In this document: piece by piece, positions 1 through 9,407 of the stretch
Layout: each line of letters opens with the position of its first letter
Numbering within the stretch: the first letter of the stretch is position 1
Translations under genes and position numbers: made by a program
The notes under the pieces: generated by a model
Databases searched by the model: none
What the model was told of the DNA's origin: nothing
Seen by the model: only the letters and a program-made list of their open reading frames with translations
From: an uncultured Peptoniphilaceae bacterium
GTDB lineage: Bacteria > Bacillota > Clostridia > Tissierellales > Peptoniphilaceae
Direction: 5' to 3'
Assembly: GCA_943912255.1 (NCBI GenBank)
Contig: CALTTP010000001.1
Coordinates: 127,356-191,355, forward strand
DNA: 64,000 nucleotides

Positions 1-34
1 AGATATTAAAGGAAAAATTATAGGAGATGATTAG

Positions 35-925
35 GTGAACAAAATAAAGGGTCTGCTTTTGAGTCTGTCCCTACTACTATTGGCACTGGTTGTAGGAATT
101 TTTATAAAGGAGCAAAAAGCATATTCTGCTATAACTTCAGAGATAAAGGATTCTCAGATAGAAGACAAAAAAGTTGCGGAAAAGAAACAAAATAATAAAA
201 TAAGCCCTGCAGAAGCAACAGATGCAAAGGATGAAAACTTTAAAGATGCTGTATATGATGCAGGAGAAGTTAGGGCCATAACTAAAGGAGAAAAGGAATA
301 TACAGGGGAAAAAGTTGTGTTCTTAACCTTTGATGACGGTCCAGACAGTAGTTCTTCCCCAAGGATACTGGATATACTGGATTCAAACGAGGTGCCAGGT
401 ACATTCTTCTTACAAGGACAATATATAAACGAAAACACTAAAGATATATTTAAAAGGATGTATGAGGAAGGGCATTGTGTAGCTGCTCATAGTTTCGGCC
501 ATGACTATGGTTACCTTTATCCAGGAAGAGTTGGAAATGCTGAAAATATAGCTTCTGACTTCAATAAAATTCAAGAAAGAGCTAGGGAATATTTAGGAAA
601 AGATTTCTCTTTTAAAACTTGGAGATACCCAGGAGGACATATGTCTTGGCAAAATCTTGATGCTGCCGATGAAAAACTTAAAGCTTTAGGAGTGGAATGG
701 ATAGACTGGAATAATATGACTGGAGATGCAGAGCCAGCGTCTAGAAGACCTACCACTGCTGCAGGCATGGTAAATATGGTAAAACAACTTACAGAAGGTT
801 CCTCTTCAAGTATGCAGGTAATTTTAATGCATGACAATGTATCCAAGGAACTTACCATTCAAGCACTACCTGAAATAATAGCCTATTATAAGGACTTGGG
901 ATATAAGTTTGGAAAATTTAAATAA
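35..925 (+). CDS. Polysaccharide deacetylase family protein (NodB homology domain) with N-terminal membrane anchor
   Basis: 296-aa ORF with GTG start. N-terminal hydrophobic segment. NodB-type motifs FLTFDDGP and HSFGHDY. Ends at a rho-independent terminator. Confidence 0.8.
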   Translation: MNKIKGLLLSLSLLLLALVVGIFIKEQKAYSAITSEIKDSQIEDKKVAEKKQNNKISPAEATDAKDENFKDAVYDAGEVRAITKGEKEYTGEKVVFLTFDDGPDSSSSPRILDILDSNEVPGTFFLQGQYINENTKDIFKRMYEEGHCVAAHSFGHDYGYLYPGRVGNAENIASDFNKIQERAREYLGKDFSFKTWRYPGGHMSWQNLDAADEKLKALGVEWIDWNNMTGDAEPASRRPTTAAGMVNMVKQLTEGSSSSMQVILMHDNVSKELTIQALPEIIAYYKDLGYKFGKFK

Positions 926-935
926 TTTTAGAACA

Positions 936-970
936 GCCGACACTAGTGGGAGTGGTGTCGGTTATTTTTA
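936..970 (+). terminator. Rho-independent terminator after the deacetylase gene
   Basis: Inverted repeat ccgacac...gtgtcgg followed by a T-rich tract (ttattttta). Confidence 0.55.
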
Positions 971-1035
971 TTCCAATAGAAATTGTAGGTGTGTTATAAT
1001 TGTAAAATATTAATACATAGAAAGGAGAGTAGGCT

Positions 1036-1206
1036 ATGCGTAAAAAGTGGTCCTATTTTTTTGGAGTATTGTTAAGTATAGTATTTTTATTATCTGGCAT
1101 TTGGGGAATTTTTGTAGAAAATATATTTAATCATATTTTTAAATCCTTAGGGATGTTTCTTATTTTAATAAACAGTTCTTTACCTTTAGATAGTAAGAAG
1201 GATTGA
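1036..1206 (+). CDS. Small hydrophobic protein (56 aa), hypothetical
   Basis: ATG at 1036 preceded by the strong RBS AAAGGAGAG. It encodes two predicted TM helices (MRKKWSYFFGVLLSIVFLLSGIWGIFVEN...). It is below the 60-aa cut-off of the ORF track and sits behind an extended -10 (TGtTATAAT at 991-999). Confidence 0.35.
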   Translation: MRKKWSYFFGVLLSIVFLLSGIWGIFVENIFNHIFKSLGMFLILINSSLPLDSKKD

Positions 1207-1381
1207 CTTAAGTTGTTTTTGTTCCCCATAGGGCTAATATTATGTAAAATTATAAAATATTAATATTTCTATTCCACAAGGTAAAAGGATTAAAAAAAAT
1301 TTATGTGAATATTTACTCATCACAATCCAAGGGGATTCGGTATTATAATTAATAATATGCACAGATGCTGAATAAGAGCAA

Positions 1382-1429
1382 CCACTACATATAGTGGAGC
1401 CTACATGTAGTGGTTGCTATATGTAGCCA
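1382..1429 (+). promoter_or_regulatory. Tandem NrdR boxes (operator) upstream of nrdDG
   Basis: ccACTACATATAGTgg (1382-1397) and ttgCTATATGTAGcca (1414-1429) both match the NrdR-box palindrome acaCTAtATaTAGtgt. Their centres are 32 bp apart (3 helical turns), and they lie 30-80 bp upstream of nrdD. Confidence 0.6.
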
Positions 1430-1460
1430 TATCCTTTAGAATTAGATGTAGGTGATGAGT

Positions 1461-3581
1461 ATGAAAGTAAAAAAGAGAGACGGCAATTTAGTCGAATTTG
1501 ATAAAAACAAAATAATTATAGCCATTGAAAAGGCGATGAACTCTAGCACAGGAGTTTATGAAGAGGGTTTGGCAGGAAAGATAGCTTCTGAAATTGAAGA
1601 TTTTGCCAAGACTACTGGTAAGACTATGACTATATTTGATATAGAGGATCAAGTCTACTATAAGTTGATTCAAAACAACAACCCTGCTACTGCAAGATCC
1701 TATGAAAACTATAAGGCGGTTCAAACCTACAAGAGGGAAAAGAATACTACTGATGATAGTATAATTGGCCTACTTGCAACGGAAAATGATGAATTGATGA
1801 CTGAAAACTCCAACAAGAATGCCTATATAGCTTCCACTCAAAGGGATTTAATTGCTGGAGAGGTTTCTAAGGACATAGCAAGAAGAAAGATTATTCCCGT
1901 GGAGCTTATTCAAGCCCATGACGAAGGTGCTATACATATTCACGATATGGACTATATCATCCAACCAATGTTCAATTGTTGTTTGGTAAATATGAAGGAT
2001 ATGTTAGACAATGGTACTGTGGTAAATGGAAAGATGATAGAAACTCCAAAATCCTTTCAAGTTGCTTGTAATGTAATGACTCAAATTATTGCACAAATAG
2101 CAAGTAACCAATATGGTGGACAGAGTATTGATATAAAATGTCTTGGGAAGTATTTGAGAAGATCCTATGAAAAGAACTTAAATTTGGCTCTTTCTGTTAT
2201 GAAGGATTTAAGTTTAGCAGAAAAGATGGCAGAGGAACTTACTCAAAAGGATTTGGAATCTGGAATTCAAACGATCCAATATCAAATAAACACCTTGATG
2301 ACCAGCAATGGACAAGCACCTTTTGTAACCCTATTTATGCATATTGAAGAGGGAGACGAGTATGAGGAAGAGGTTGCTAGAATAATCGAAGAGATATTAA
2401 AGCAAAGGATAGAAGGTATAAAAAATGAAGTAGGCGTCTATGTAACACCAGCCTTTCCAAAGCTTATCTACGTTCTTGACGAAAATAACATTCACAAGGG
2501 TAGTAAGTACAATTATCTAACTGCTCTATCCATAAGATGTACTGCTAAGAGAATGTACCCTGATTATATCTCCGCTAAGAAGATGAGAGAGAATTACGAA
2601 GGTAATGTGTTCTCCCCAATGGGATGTAGAGCCTTTCTTTCTCCATGGCAGGACGAGTCAGGAAAATATAGATTTGATGGTAGATTCAATATGGGCGTTG
2701 TTACTATAAACCTTCCTCAAATTGGTATTTTAGCCAATGGGGATGAGGACAAGTTCTTCCATATATTGGATAAGAGACTGGAACTTTGTAAAAAAGTTTG
2801 TATGTTAAGGTATGAGCTTTTACAAAATGCCAATTCTGACTCCAGCCCAATTCACTGGCAACATGGTGCCATAGCAAGACTGGGCAAACATGAGTCCATA
2901 AATGATCTTTTAATCAATGGATATGCCACTGTAACTTTAGGTTATATTGGAATATATGAAGCTACTCTACTAACTAAGGGAGTAAGCCATACTGATGAAA
3001 AGGGTAAGGAATTTGCCTTAAGGATAATGAAGAGATTAAATGAAAAGATTCAGGAGTGGAAAGATGAAACTGGCCTTGGATTTGCCCTATATGGAACACC
3101 AGCAGAGTCTTTAACCCATAGATTCAATTCCATTGACAGAAGAAGATTTGGCGTTATAAAGGATGTAACTGAGAAGGGATACTATATTAACTCTTTCCAT
3201 GTGGATGTAAGGGAAAATATAGATGTATTCTCTAAATTTAAATTTGAATCTGAGTTTCAGGACCTTTCCCATGGTGGTTGTATTTCCTATGCTGAAATTC
3301 CAAATATGTCTCATAACTTGGAAGCTCTTGAAACCATGGTTAAATATATCTACGACCATATCCAATATGCTGAATTCAATACCAAATCCGATTATTGTCA
3401 AGTATGTGGATACGATGGAGAGATAGTTTTAGACGAGGATAATAAATGGACTTGCCCTCAATGTAAGAACCAGGATACTTCTAAGATGAATGTTACAAGG
3501 AGAACTTGTGGTTACTTGGGAGAAAACTTCTGGAATGAGGGAAGGACTAAAGAAATAAAAGAAAGAGTTCTTCATATATAA
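1461..3581 (+). CDS. nrdD: Anaerobic ribonucleoside-triphosphate reductase (class III RNR)
   Basis: N-terminal ATP-cone (VKKRDGNLVEFDKNKI). C-terminal Zn-ribbon (CQVCGY...CPQCKN). Glycyl-radical motif RRTCGYLG at the extreme C-terminus. The preferred start is ATG 1461, which has RBS AGGTGA 5 nt upstream; the ORF track starts at 1452. Confidence 0.93.
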   Translation: MKVKKRDGNLVEFDKNKIIIAIEKAMNSSTGVYEEGLAGKIASEIEDFAKTTGKTMTIFDIEDQVYYKLIQNNNPATARSYENYKAVQTYKREKNTTDDSIIGLLATENDELMTENSNKNAYIASTQRDLIAGEVSKDIARRKIIPVELIQAHDEGAIHIHDMDYIIQPMFNCCLVNMKDMLDNGTVVNGKMIETPKSFQVACNVMTQIIAQIASNQYGGQSIDIKCLGKYLRRSYEKNLNLALSVMKDLSLAEKMAEELTQKDLESGIQTIQYQINTLMTSNGQAPFVTLFMHIEEGDEYEEEVARIIEEILKQRIEGIKNEVGVYVTPAFPKLIYVLDENNIHKGSKYNYLTALSIRCTAKRMYPDYISAKKMRENYEGNVFSPMGCRAFLSPWQDESGKYRFDGRFNMGVVTINLPQIGILANGDEDKFFHILDKRLELCKKVCMLRYELLQNANSDSSPIHWQHGAIARLGKHESINDLLINGYATVTLGYIGIYEATLLTKGVSHTDEKGKEFALRIMKRLNEKIQEWKDETGLGFALYGTPAESLTHRFNSIDRRRFGVIKDVTEKGYYINSFHVDVRENIDVFSKFKFESEFQDLSHGGCISYAEIPNMSHNLEALETMVKYIYDHIQYAEFNTKSDYCQVCGYDGEIVLDEDNKWTCPQCKNQDTSKMNVTRRTCGYLGENFWNEGRTKEIKERVLHI

Positions 3582-4075
3582 TGCGTTTTGCTCAAATAAG
3601 AAATTATGATGTGGCAAATGGCCCAGGAATTAGAACGACAATTTTTGTGACCGGGTGTACCATAGGTTGTAAAGACTGTTTTAATCCGGAATATCAAGAT
3701 TTTGAATTTGGTAGTATTTGGGATGAAAACGTCACAGAAAATCTGCTTAATAATTTGAAAAATCCTGAAGTTGAAGGCCTTACCATTCTAGGAGGAGAGC
3801 CCTTTGACAATAGTGAGGACTTATCCAGAATAGTTCCTGAAATTAGGAAAAATACTAAAAAGAGTATTTGGATATATTCTGGTTATACCTATGAAAAATT
3901 AATGAAAGAAGAAAATAGTAGAAGGATTTTAAATAATTGTGATGTCCTAGTAGATGGTCCCTTTGTAGAGAAGCTAAAGGATTTGAAATTAAAATTTAGA
4001 GGTTCATCCAATCAAAGGATTATCGATTTAAATAAAACTAGAGAAGAAAAAAGAGTCGTTGAAATAGATATTTAA
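3581..4075 (+). CDS. nrdG: Anaerobic ribonucleotide reductase activating protein (radical SAM)
   Basis: 164 aa with CxxxCxxC radical-SAM motif (GCTIGCKDC). Start overlaps the nrdD stop (ATAATG). Confidence 0.9.
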   Translation: MRFAQIRNYDVANGPGIRTTIFVTGCTIGCKDCFNPEYQDFEFGSIWDENVTENLLNNLKNPEVEGLTILGGEPFDNSEDLSRIVPEIRKNTKKSIWIYSGYTYEKLMKEENSRRILNNCDVLVDGPFVEKLKDLKLKFRGSSNQRIIDLNKTREEKRVVEIDI

Positions 4076-4082
4076 GATTTAA

Positions 4083-4119
4083 TTCCCCTAATCCATAATA
4101 TGGATAGGGGAATTTTTTT
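4083..4119 (+). terminator. Rho-independent terminator of nrdDG
   Basis: ttcccctaatcc...ggataggggaa stem followed by TTTTTTT. Confidence 0.7.
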
Positions 4120-4280
4120 GTAATATAAAGGGTTTGTTAAAGGAGAACTATTATTAAACTTTCATTAAATATTAAAATTGTGAAAAAAAGTTAAAAAAGT
4201 TCATTCCACTCTTTACAATTGAAAATTTAAATGTTAAACTTTAGATGTATCATAATTCTAGTACACTAAGGAGGTACATT

Positions 4281-4835
4281 GTGAAAAGAGACGAAATTTA
4301 TAAGAAAATGGGATTTTGGAACGGATTTTATTTAGTAATTGGAGTAATAGGACTATTGTTCAGCATTTACAATATTGTCGATACTTTTATTACTAAAAAC
4401 ACAGAAAAGAAATTGGAGAAGTTTGGTTTGGATCCGGCAGAATTTGGAACGACAACTTTTGATAAAGTTATCTTGGTTATCGTTACAATTATAAGTATCT
4501 ATTGTGTAGTAATGGCCTTTAAAAATAGAGGTAAAATCATTGAAAAGTTAAAAGTGGATGTATTACCTTATATTTTGACTCTATTATTAGCTGCATTTAA
4601 CTTTGTAAGGGGGATAATTCAACAAACCAATACAAAACAAATGCCAGAGTTAAATAATGAAGTTAATAAGGCTATAGAGGGAGTTGACCAAAATGCATTA
4701 ATGGCAGGAGTTGCTATAGGCATTGTATTTGTGGTTATAGCCCTTATATTAGAACTTCTTCCCTCTATTAGAATGCTTATGTTAAATTCAAAGCTTAATA
4801 AACTTCCAGTAGAAGAGGAAAGTTTCAATGAGTAA
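4281..4835 (+). CDS. Hypothetical 4-TM membrane protein, translationally coupled to the efflux adaptor gene
   Basis: GTG 4281 with RBS AAGGAGG 6 nt upstream; the track's ATG 4245 lacks an RBS. Four hydrophobic helices. Its stop overlaps the next start (ATGAGTAA). Confidence 0.5.
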   Translation: MKRDEIYKKMGFWNGFYLVIGVIGLLFSIYNIVDTFITKNTEKKLEKFGLDPAEFGTTTFDKVILVIVTIISIYCVVMAFKNRGKIIEKLKVDVLPYILTLLLAAFNFVRGIIQQTNTKQMPELNNEVNKAIEGVDQNALMAGVAIGIVFVVIALILELLPSIRMLMLNSKLNKLPVEEESFNE

Positions 4836-6216
4836 AAAGAACAAAATAATAATTTCCATAGTGGCTGTAGTTTTAATTGCAGCCACTATTATTGGCGGTT
4901 TAATGCCGAAAAAGAAGGATAATAAGGAATATTCTATGTATAGAGTTAAAGAAAAAGACGCTTTGAGTTTTTCTGGATCGTCTATGCCTATAGATGTTCA
5001 AAATATTTTCTATGATCCTACTAAAGGTGAAATTGTAAAGTATCATGTAAAGGACAAGGATGTGGTTCAAGCTGGGACAGATCTTTTTGTATATGAAAAC
5101 CCTACAGTAAAAGAACAAATTGGAGAACTTAATAGACAGTATTCCAGTGTAAAAAAGTCTTTGGATTTTGCCAATTCCGACGTAGGAAAAGCAAATAAGG
5201 ACTATTCCAATGCAAAGGCCAATGTTGGAAAACTTGCAGCCAATATTGAAAATACAAAAAAGTCATTGAATCCAGAAAATCCTGAAGAATATGCACAAAA
5301 ACAAGGTGAATTACAGCAGTTGCAGATGGAATATGAAGGGGCTAAGCAGGAAATGAAGGCATATGAAGCTCAAATTTCTCCTGCCAATAGGGCAGCAGCT
5401 GAAACTAAATCACAATTAGATGGAATTTCAGAACAGATAGCTTCTTTAAAGAATAAGCAGTATACTACTGAAAAGGCTGAGATTTCAGGTCAGGTTTACT
5501 TAGATAAAAATGGAGAAAATGCAGCCCAAGGTGCAACCAATCCACTTATAAAAATTGTTTCTAAAGATGCTAAGATTGTTTCCAGTATTTCAGAATTTGA
5601 CTATGACAAGATAAAAGTTGATGATAGGGTTGACTTGAAAGTCATATCCACAGGAGAAAGTCAAAAGGGAACAGTTAAATCTATTTCCAATCTACCTAAG
5701 GCAGAGGCACAAATTCCAGGAGGTGTAGGGGAAGGTAGTAACCTTTCAGAATTTGAGTTTACTGTAATTCCAGATGGTTTTATCCAATATGGATTCTCTG
5801 TCAATGTAATGGTAAAACAAGATGGGTTGTATATTCCTGAAACGGCGGTACAGGAAGAAGATAATAAAACCTATGTTTATAAATATGAAAATGGCAAGGC
5901 TAAGAAAGTACAGGTGGAGCTGATAAAGGAAGATCAGGTATATAGGGTTACAGAAGGCCTTAAGTTAGATGATGAGATTATAGAAAATGCAGCTGGTCTT
6001 AAGGACGGCCAAGAAATAAAGGTAAAAGAGTCGGATTTAAAAAAGGTCAATGATGGGAAAAACAATGACAATAAATCTAAAAGTACAAATCCAAGTGAAA
6101 ATGCTCCTACAGAACAGGAAATTAACAAGGATGAAGATGGCAATATAGACAATACTATAAACCCATCTGAACAAAAGGATATGGATAGTCAAAATGATTC
6201 AAGTCAAAAAGGTTAA
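4828..6216 (+). CDS. Efflux transporter periplasmic adaptor / HlyD-family membrane-fusion protein (MacA-like)
   Basis: N-terminal TM anchor, long coiled-coil region and beta-barrel-like C-terminal part. D/N/K/S-rich low-complexity tail. Lies immediately upstream of MacB-type ATPase and permease genes. Confidence 0.7.
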   Translation: MSKKNKIIISIVAVVLIAATIIGGLMPKKKDNKEYSMYRVKEKDALSFSGSSMPIDVQNIFYDPTKGEIVKYHVKDKDVVQAGTDLFVYENPTVKEQIGELNRQYSSVKKSLDFANSDVGKANKDYSNAKANVGKLAANIENTKKSLNPENPEEYAQKQGELQQLQMEYEGAKQEMKAYEAQISPANRAAAETKSQLDGISEQIASLKNKQYTTEKAEISGQVYLDKNGENAAQGATNPLIKIVSKDAKIVSSISEFDYDKIKVDDRVDLKVISTGESQKGTVKSISNLPKAEAQIPGGVGEGSNLSEFEFTVIPDGFIQYGFSVNVMVKQDGLYIPETAVQEEDNKTYVYKYENGKAKKVQVELIKEDQVYRVTEGLKLDDEIIENAAGLKDGQEIKVKESDLKKVNDGKNNDNKSKSTNPSENAPTEQEINKDEDGNIDNTINPSEQKDMDSQNDSSQKG

Positions 6217-6871
6217 TAAAATTTATAAAGCAGGAGAAGAAAAGCTTCATGTACTAAAGGATGTCACCTTTAATGTGGAAAGAGGAGAATTTGTAGGCAT
6301 TATGGGTGAATCTGGTTCTGGTAAGTCCACTTTAATGAATATTATAGGATTTATTGACAGAAAGTTTACTGGTGATTATATATTTAACGGCAAGTCCATA
6401 AGAGAATTAGATGACGATGAGATGTCCCATCTACGGAATAAATCTGTTGGATTTGTATTTCAAAATTTTAATTTGATAGAAAATTATACCGTTAGAGAAA
6501 ATGTTGAACTTCCATTACTTTACGCGGGCTATAGTCCAAAGGGCGTAAAAGAGAAGGTGGAGGAAGCACTGGAATCAGTTGGAATTTTAGATAAGATAGA
6601 AAAATATCCAACTCAGCTTTCTGGAGGACAAAAACAAAGGGTTGCCATTGCCCGAGGAATAGTCCATAAACCAGACTTCTTATTGGCAGATGAACCAACA
6701 GGTGCCTTGGATTCTGTAACATCTATTGAAATCATGGATATTTTTAAACGATTGAATAGTGATAATAATACTACGGTTATTATGGTTACCCATGACAGGT
6801 CCCTTAAGACCTATTGCTCTAAGGTCTTATTTATGCTTGATGGGGACTTGGAAGAAAGGATGGACATATAA
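6194..6871 (+). CDS. ABC transporter ATP-binding protein (MacB/LolD/FtsE type)
   Basis: Walker [10 protein letters not shown], signature [14 protein letters not shown], Walker [13 protein letters not shown]-loop VTHD. Confidence 0.9.
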   Translation: MIQVKKVNKIYKAGEEKLHVLKDVTFNVERGEFVGIMGESGSGKSTLMNIIGFIDRKFTGDYIFNGKSIRELDDDEMSHLRNKSVGFVFQNFNLIENYTVRENVELPLLYAGYSPKGVKEKVEEALESVGILDKIEKYPTQLSGGQKQRVAIARGIVHKPDFLLADEPTGALDSVTSIEIMDIFKRLNSDNNTTVIMVTHDRSLKTYCSKVLFMLDGDLEERMDI

Positions 6872-8079
6872 TGAAGTTTTCAGTACTTTTTTCTGATGCG
6901 TTAAATGCTATAAAAAGAAATAAAAAAAGGTCCATATTAACCATGCTGGGAATAATAATTGGAATTGGTGCGGTAATAACCATTATTTCTATTGGGAACG
7001 GCTTTCAAAACTATGTAATGGAAAACTTGACCGAAGATGGGGATGAAAATTTATCAATTGCCATACAGTTTATTCCTAAAAATCAGGTCCTATACGATGA
7101 TCCTAATATTGAATTCTATAGTCAACAGGATTTAGCCAGTATATCTACAATAGAGGGAGTAGAAAGGGTTGAATTAGCTCAACCTTCTGATGAGTTTAAC
7201 ACCTATAATCTAGAGGTGGAAACCCTTAATGGAAAAGGCTCCGTCTTTGTTGGTCTAGTTGAAAATTCCAATGATGAAATCCTGGAAGGTAGAAATATTA
7301 CAACAGTAGATAATCAATTGGAGGAAAGGGTTGCGATTGTAGGACATAAGAAGGCTAAGAGTCTATTTAAGAACTATAGCGATATAGTGGGATCGTCCAT
7401 AGATATAAATGGTCTAGAGTATACTGTAGTAGGTGTTTTTGAGCAAAAAATAGGGGGATTTACTATAGGAATGCCTAATTCTGAAATTTCTATACCAAAG
7501 AAAACCTATGAAAAGTATAAACAGGAAAATCCAAATTCAACAGCTTTGGAAGTCTTTATTAAATCGGGATCAAATGTAAAGGAGACGGCAGAAAAGATAA
7601 CGGATAAATTAAAGGAATCCGGGTCTATGAAGGATGTGGGAACCTATGAATTCTTCGATATATCTGAAATGCTGGAAGGTATTTCCAAGGTTCTAGATCA
7701 AATCACACTATTTATAGCTTTAATAGGTAGTATTTCCTTATTTATCGCCGGAATTGGAATGATGAATATGATGTTTATCTCTGTTTCAGAAAGAACTAAG
7801 GAAATAGGGATTAGACGGGCAATTGGAGCAACTAAGGGAAATATTACTCTACAATTCCTATTGGAGGGAGTTACAGTGACTGTTATAGGTGGAATATTAG
7901 GGTATCTTTTTGGCCTGGGTATGGCAATGCTAATTTCCGTATTCCTACCATTTAAAGCATCTATAGAACTGGGACCAATACTAACAGCCCTAGGTATATC
8001 TCTGGGGATAGGAATAATATTCTCCTATGCACCGGCTAAGTCTGCAGCAAATAAAAATGTAATAGAAATCCTATCTTAA
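6871..8079 (+). CDS. ABC transporter permease, FtsX/MacB family (4 TM with large extracytoplasmic domain)
   Basis: N-terminal TM, roughly 230-aa extracellular domain, C-terminal 3-TM FtsX domain. Start overlaps the ATPase stop. Confidence 0.85.
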   Translation: MKFSVLFSDALNAIKRNKKRSILTMLGIIIGIGAVITIISIGNGFQNYVMENLTEDGDENLSIAIQFIPKNQVLYDDPNIEFYSQQDLASISTIEGVERVELAQPSDEFNTYNLEVETLNGKGSVFVGLVENSNDEILEGRNITTVDNQLEERVAIVGHKKAKSLFKNYSDIVGSSIDINGLEYTVVGVFEQKIGGFTIGMPNSEISIPKKTYEKYKQENPNSTALEVFIKSGSNVKETAEKITDKLKESGSMKDVGTYEFFDISEMLEGISKVLDQITLFIALIGSISLFIAGIGMMNMMFISVSERTKEIGIRRAIGATKGNITLQFLLEGVTVTVIGGILGYLFGLGMAMLISVFLPFKASIELGPILTALGISLGIGIIFSYAPAKSAANKNVIEILS

Positions 8080-8101
8080 AATAAAACACTAGATTAAAAA
8101 A

Positions 8102-8127
8102 TTGAGTACTCAGTCATGGGTACTCAA
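8102..8127. terminator. Bidirectional hairpin between convergent operons
   Basis: ttgagtac-cagtcatgg-gtactcaa perfect 8-bp stem. It overlaps the stop codon of the minus-strand ATPase gene. Confidence 0.5.
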
Positions 8128-8699
8128 TTTAAATTATAGATCTTTTCATTGTCCAAGCCTAAAGATTCTCCAGTATAGATTAGAGTTCTATTTTCTAGAT
8201 TAGCATTTATAAATTCCACTGCAAGTCTCTTGTTTTCAGAATCTAACCCTAGTAGTGGTTCATCCAGATATATGATTTCACTATCTGCTAGAAATGCTCT
8301 TATTAAGGAAAGGCGAGTTTTTTGTCCTGTAGAAAGATTTTTTGCTAAGTCATCTTTGGATTTCCATAGGTCAAAGTGTTTTAAACTTTTGTAGATACGG
8401 TCATTACTGGCCTGGGAAACAACTTTAATTTCCATAAAAGCAGATATTCTGCCTAAAAATACCTTTTGAGAAAAGCTCATACTTTGAGATGAAAATGTAT
8501 TTTTTAAATTACCTACAAAATCTTTATCCAAACCAGATATTATTCTAAGTAAGGTGGTCTTTCCTATTCCCGATTTTCCAGCAATAAGAAGAATATCTCC
8601 AGGGTTAACCATAAGAGAGATATCCTTAAAAATTGTTTTTTCGCCGTAGCTTTTTTCTTTTAATTCCAATTTAATCATCTTTTTCCACCCATTTTTCAT
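8124..8699 (-). CDS. Short ABC transporter ATP-binding protein (NitT/TauT/ThiZ-like) with degenerate H-loop
   Basis: Walker A GKSGIGKTT, signature LSTGQKTRLS, Walker B IIYLDEP. The H-loop position reads IYTGE (no His). Only 191 aa. Confidence 0.75.
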   Translation of the reverse strand: MKNGWKKMIKLELKEKSYGEKTIFKDISLMVNPGDILLIAGKSGIGKTTLLRIISGLDKDFVGNLKNTFSSQSMSFSQKVFLGRISAFMEIKVVSQASNDRIYKSLKHFDLWKSKDDLAKNLSTGQKTRLSLIRAFLADSEIIYLDEPLLGLDSENKRLAVEFINANLENRTLIYTGESLGLDNEKIYNLN

Positions 8700-9405
8700 G
8701 TATAATTCTAAAAAACTCCTCTATAATATATGAAGAAACCACGATTATTATGGTGATTGAAAGGAGATCTACCATTTCAAAGGAGATTTTTGAAAGATAT
8801 AATAGATTTCCTAACCCCCTTGAACTACCTCCTATTACTTCAGAAGTTACTGCAGCTTTCACGGCAATACCTATGGCTAAAACCATGGAAAAAAGTATCC
8901 TTTCTATGATTATAGGAAGGTGAATATATCGAAAAAGCCTAAGGGCATTTAAAGGGTAAATCCTCATAAAATCCAACTTTTTTGAATCTAGACTATTTAA
9001 GCCATTTAAAATATTTTCATAAATAATAGGCGTGGTAATTAAAAACACTATAATGCCCGATAGATAGGATTTATTGGAAAAAAACAAAATTATCAACACC
9101 ATTGAAACTACTGGAGTTGATTTTACAATGGAAAAGATAGGGGAGAAAAAATCCATTAATCCATATAAATAGGATAAGTAGGATAGAATCGTCCCTAAGA
9201 TAATAGATCCAAGGATTGCGATAAAAATTCTCCCTAGGGATATAAATAGAGGGGAGTAAATCTCCCCACGTCTAAATAAACTATAAATTCTCTTTGCCAC
9301 ATCTAGAATTGAAGGCAAGATAATAGGGTTATCCACTAAATAATATACAATTGTCCAGACTCCAATTAGAAATAAGTAGCAAAATAGCTTTTTATAATTT
9401 ATCAT
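8671..9405 (-). CDS. ABC transporter permease (binding-protein-dependent, NitT/TauT family)
   Basis: 244 aa with 6 predicted TM segments. It sits between the SBP and ATPase genes. Confidence 0.8.
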   Translation of the reverse strand: MINYKKLFCYLFLIGVWTIVYYLVDNPIILPSILDVAKRIYSLFRRGEIYSPLFISLGRIFIAILGSIILGTILSYLSYLYGLMDFFSPIFSIVKSTPVVSMVLIILFFSNKSYLSGIIVFLITTPIIYENILNGLNSLDSKKLDFMRIYPLNALRLFRYIHLPIIIERILFSMVLAIGIAVKAAVTSEVIGGSSRGLGNLLYLSKISFEMVDLLSITIIIVVSSYIIEEFFRIIHEKWVEKDD

Positions 9406-9407
9406 CT

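Noticed and set aside
154-858. Antisense ORFs (94 and 95 aa) inside the deacetylase gene. Many similar minus-strand ORFs of 60-130 aa in the track are nested in confidently assigned genes, for example 1488-1724, 3111-3617, 4619-5118, 12028-12270, 13365-13843, 20139-20768, 28096-28419, 30248-31053, 31781-32344, 36622-36900, 43104-43616, 55963-58670 and 59141-59773.
   Set aside because: They fall entirely within longer ORFs that carry clear family motifs on the opposite strand or in another frame. They have low-complexity composition and no RBS. They were treated as AT-rich-genome frame noise.
1001-1270. Repeated TGTAAAAT...ATTAATA motif upstream of both the small ORF and nrdD.
   Set aside because: It is short and AT-rich, so its expected chance frequency is high. 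It is probably reuse of promoter-like sequence rather than a true repeat element.
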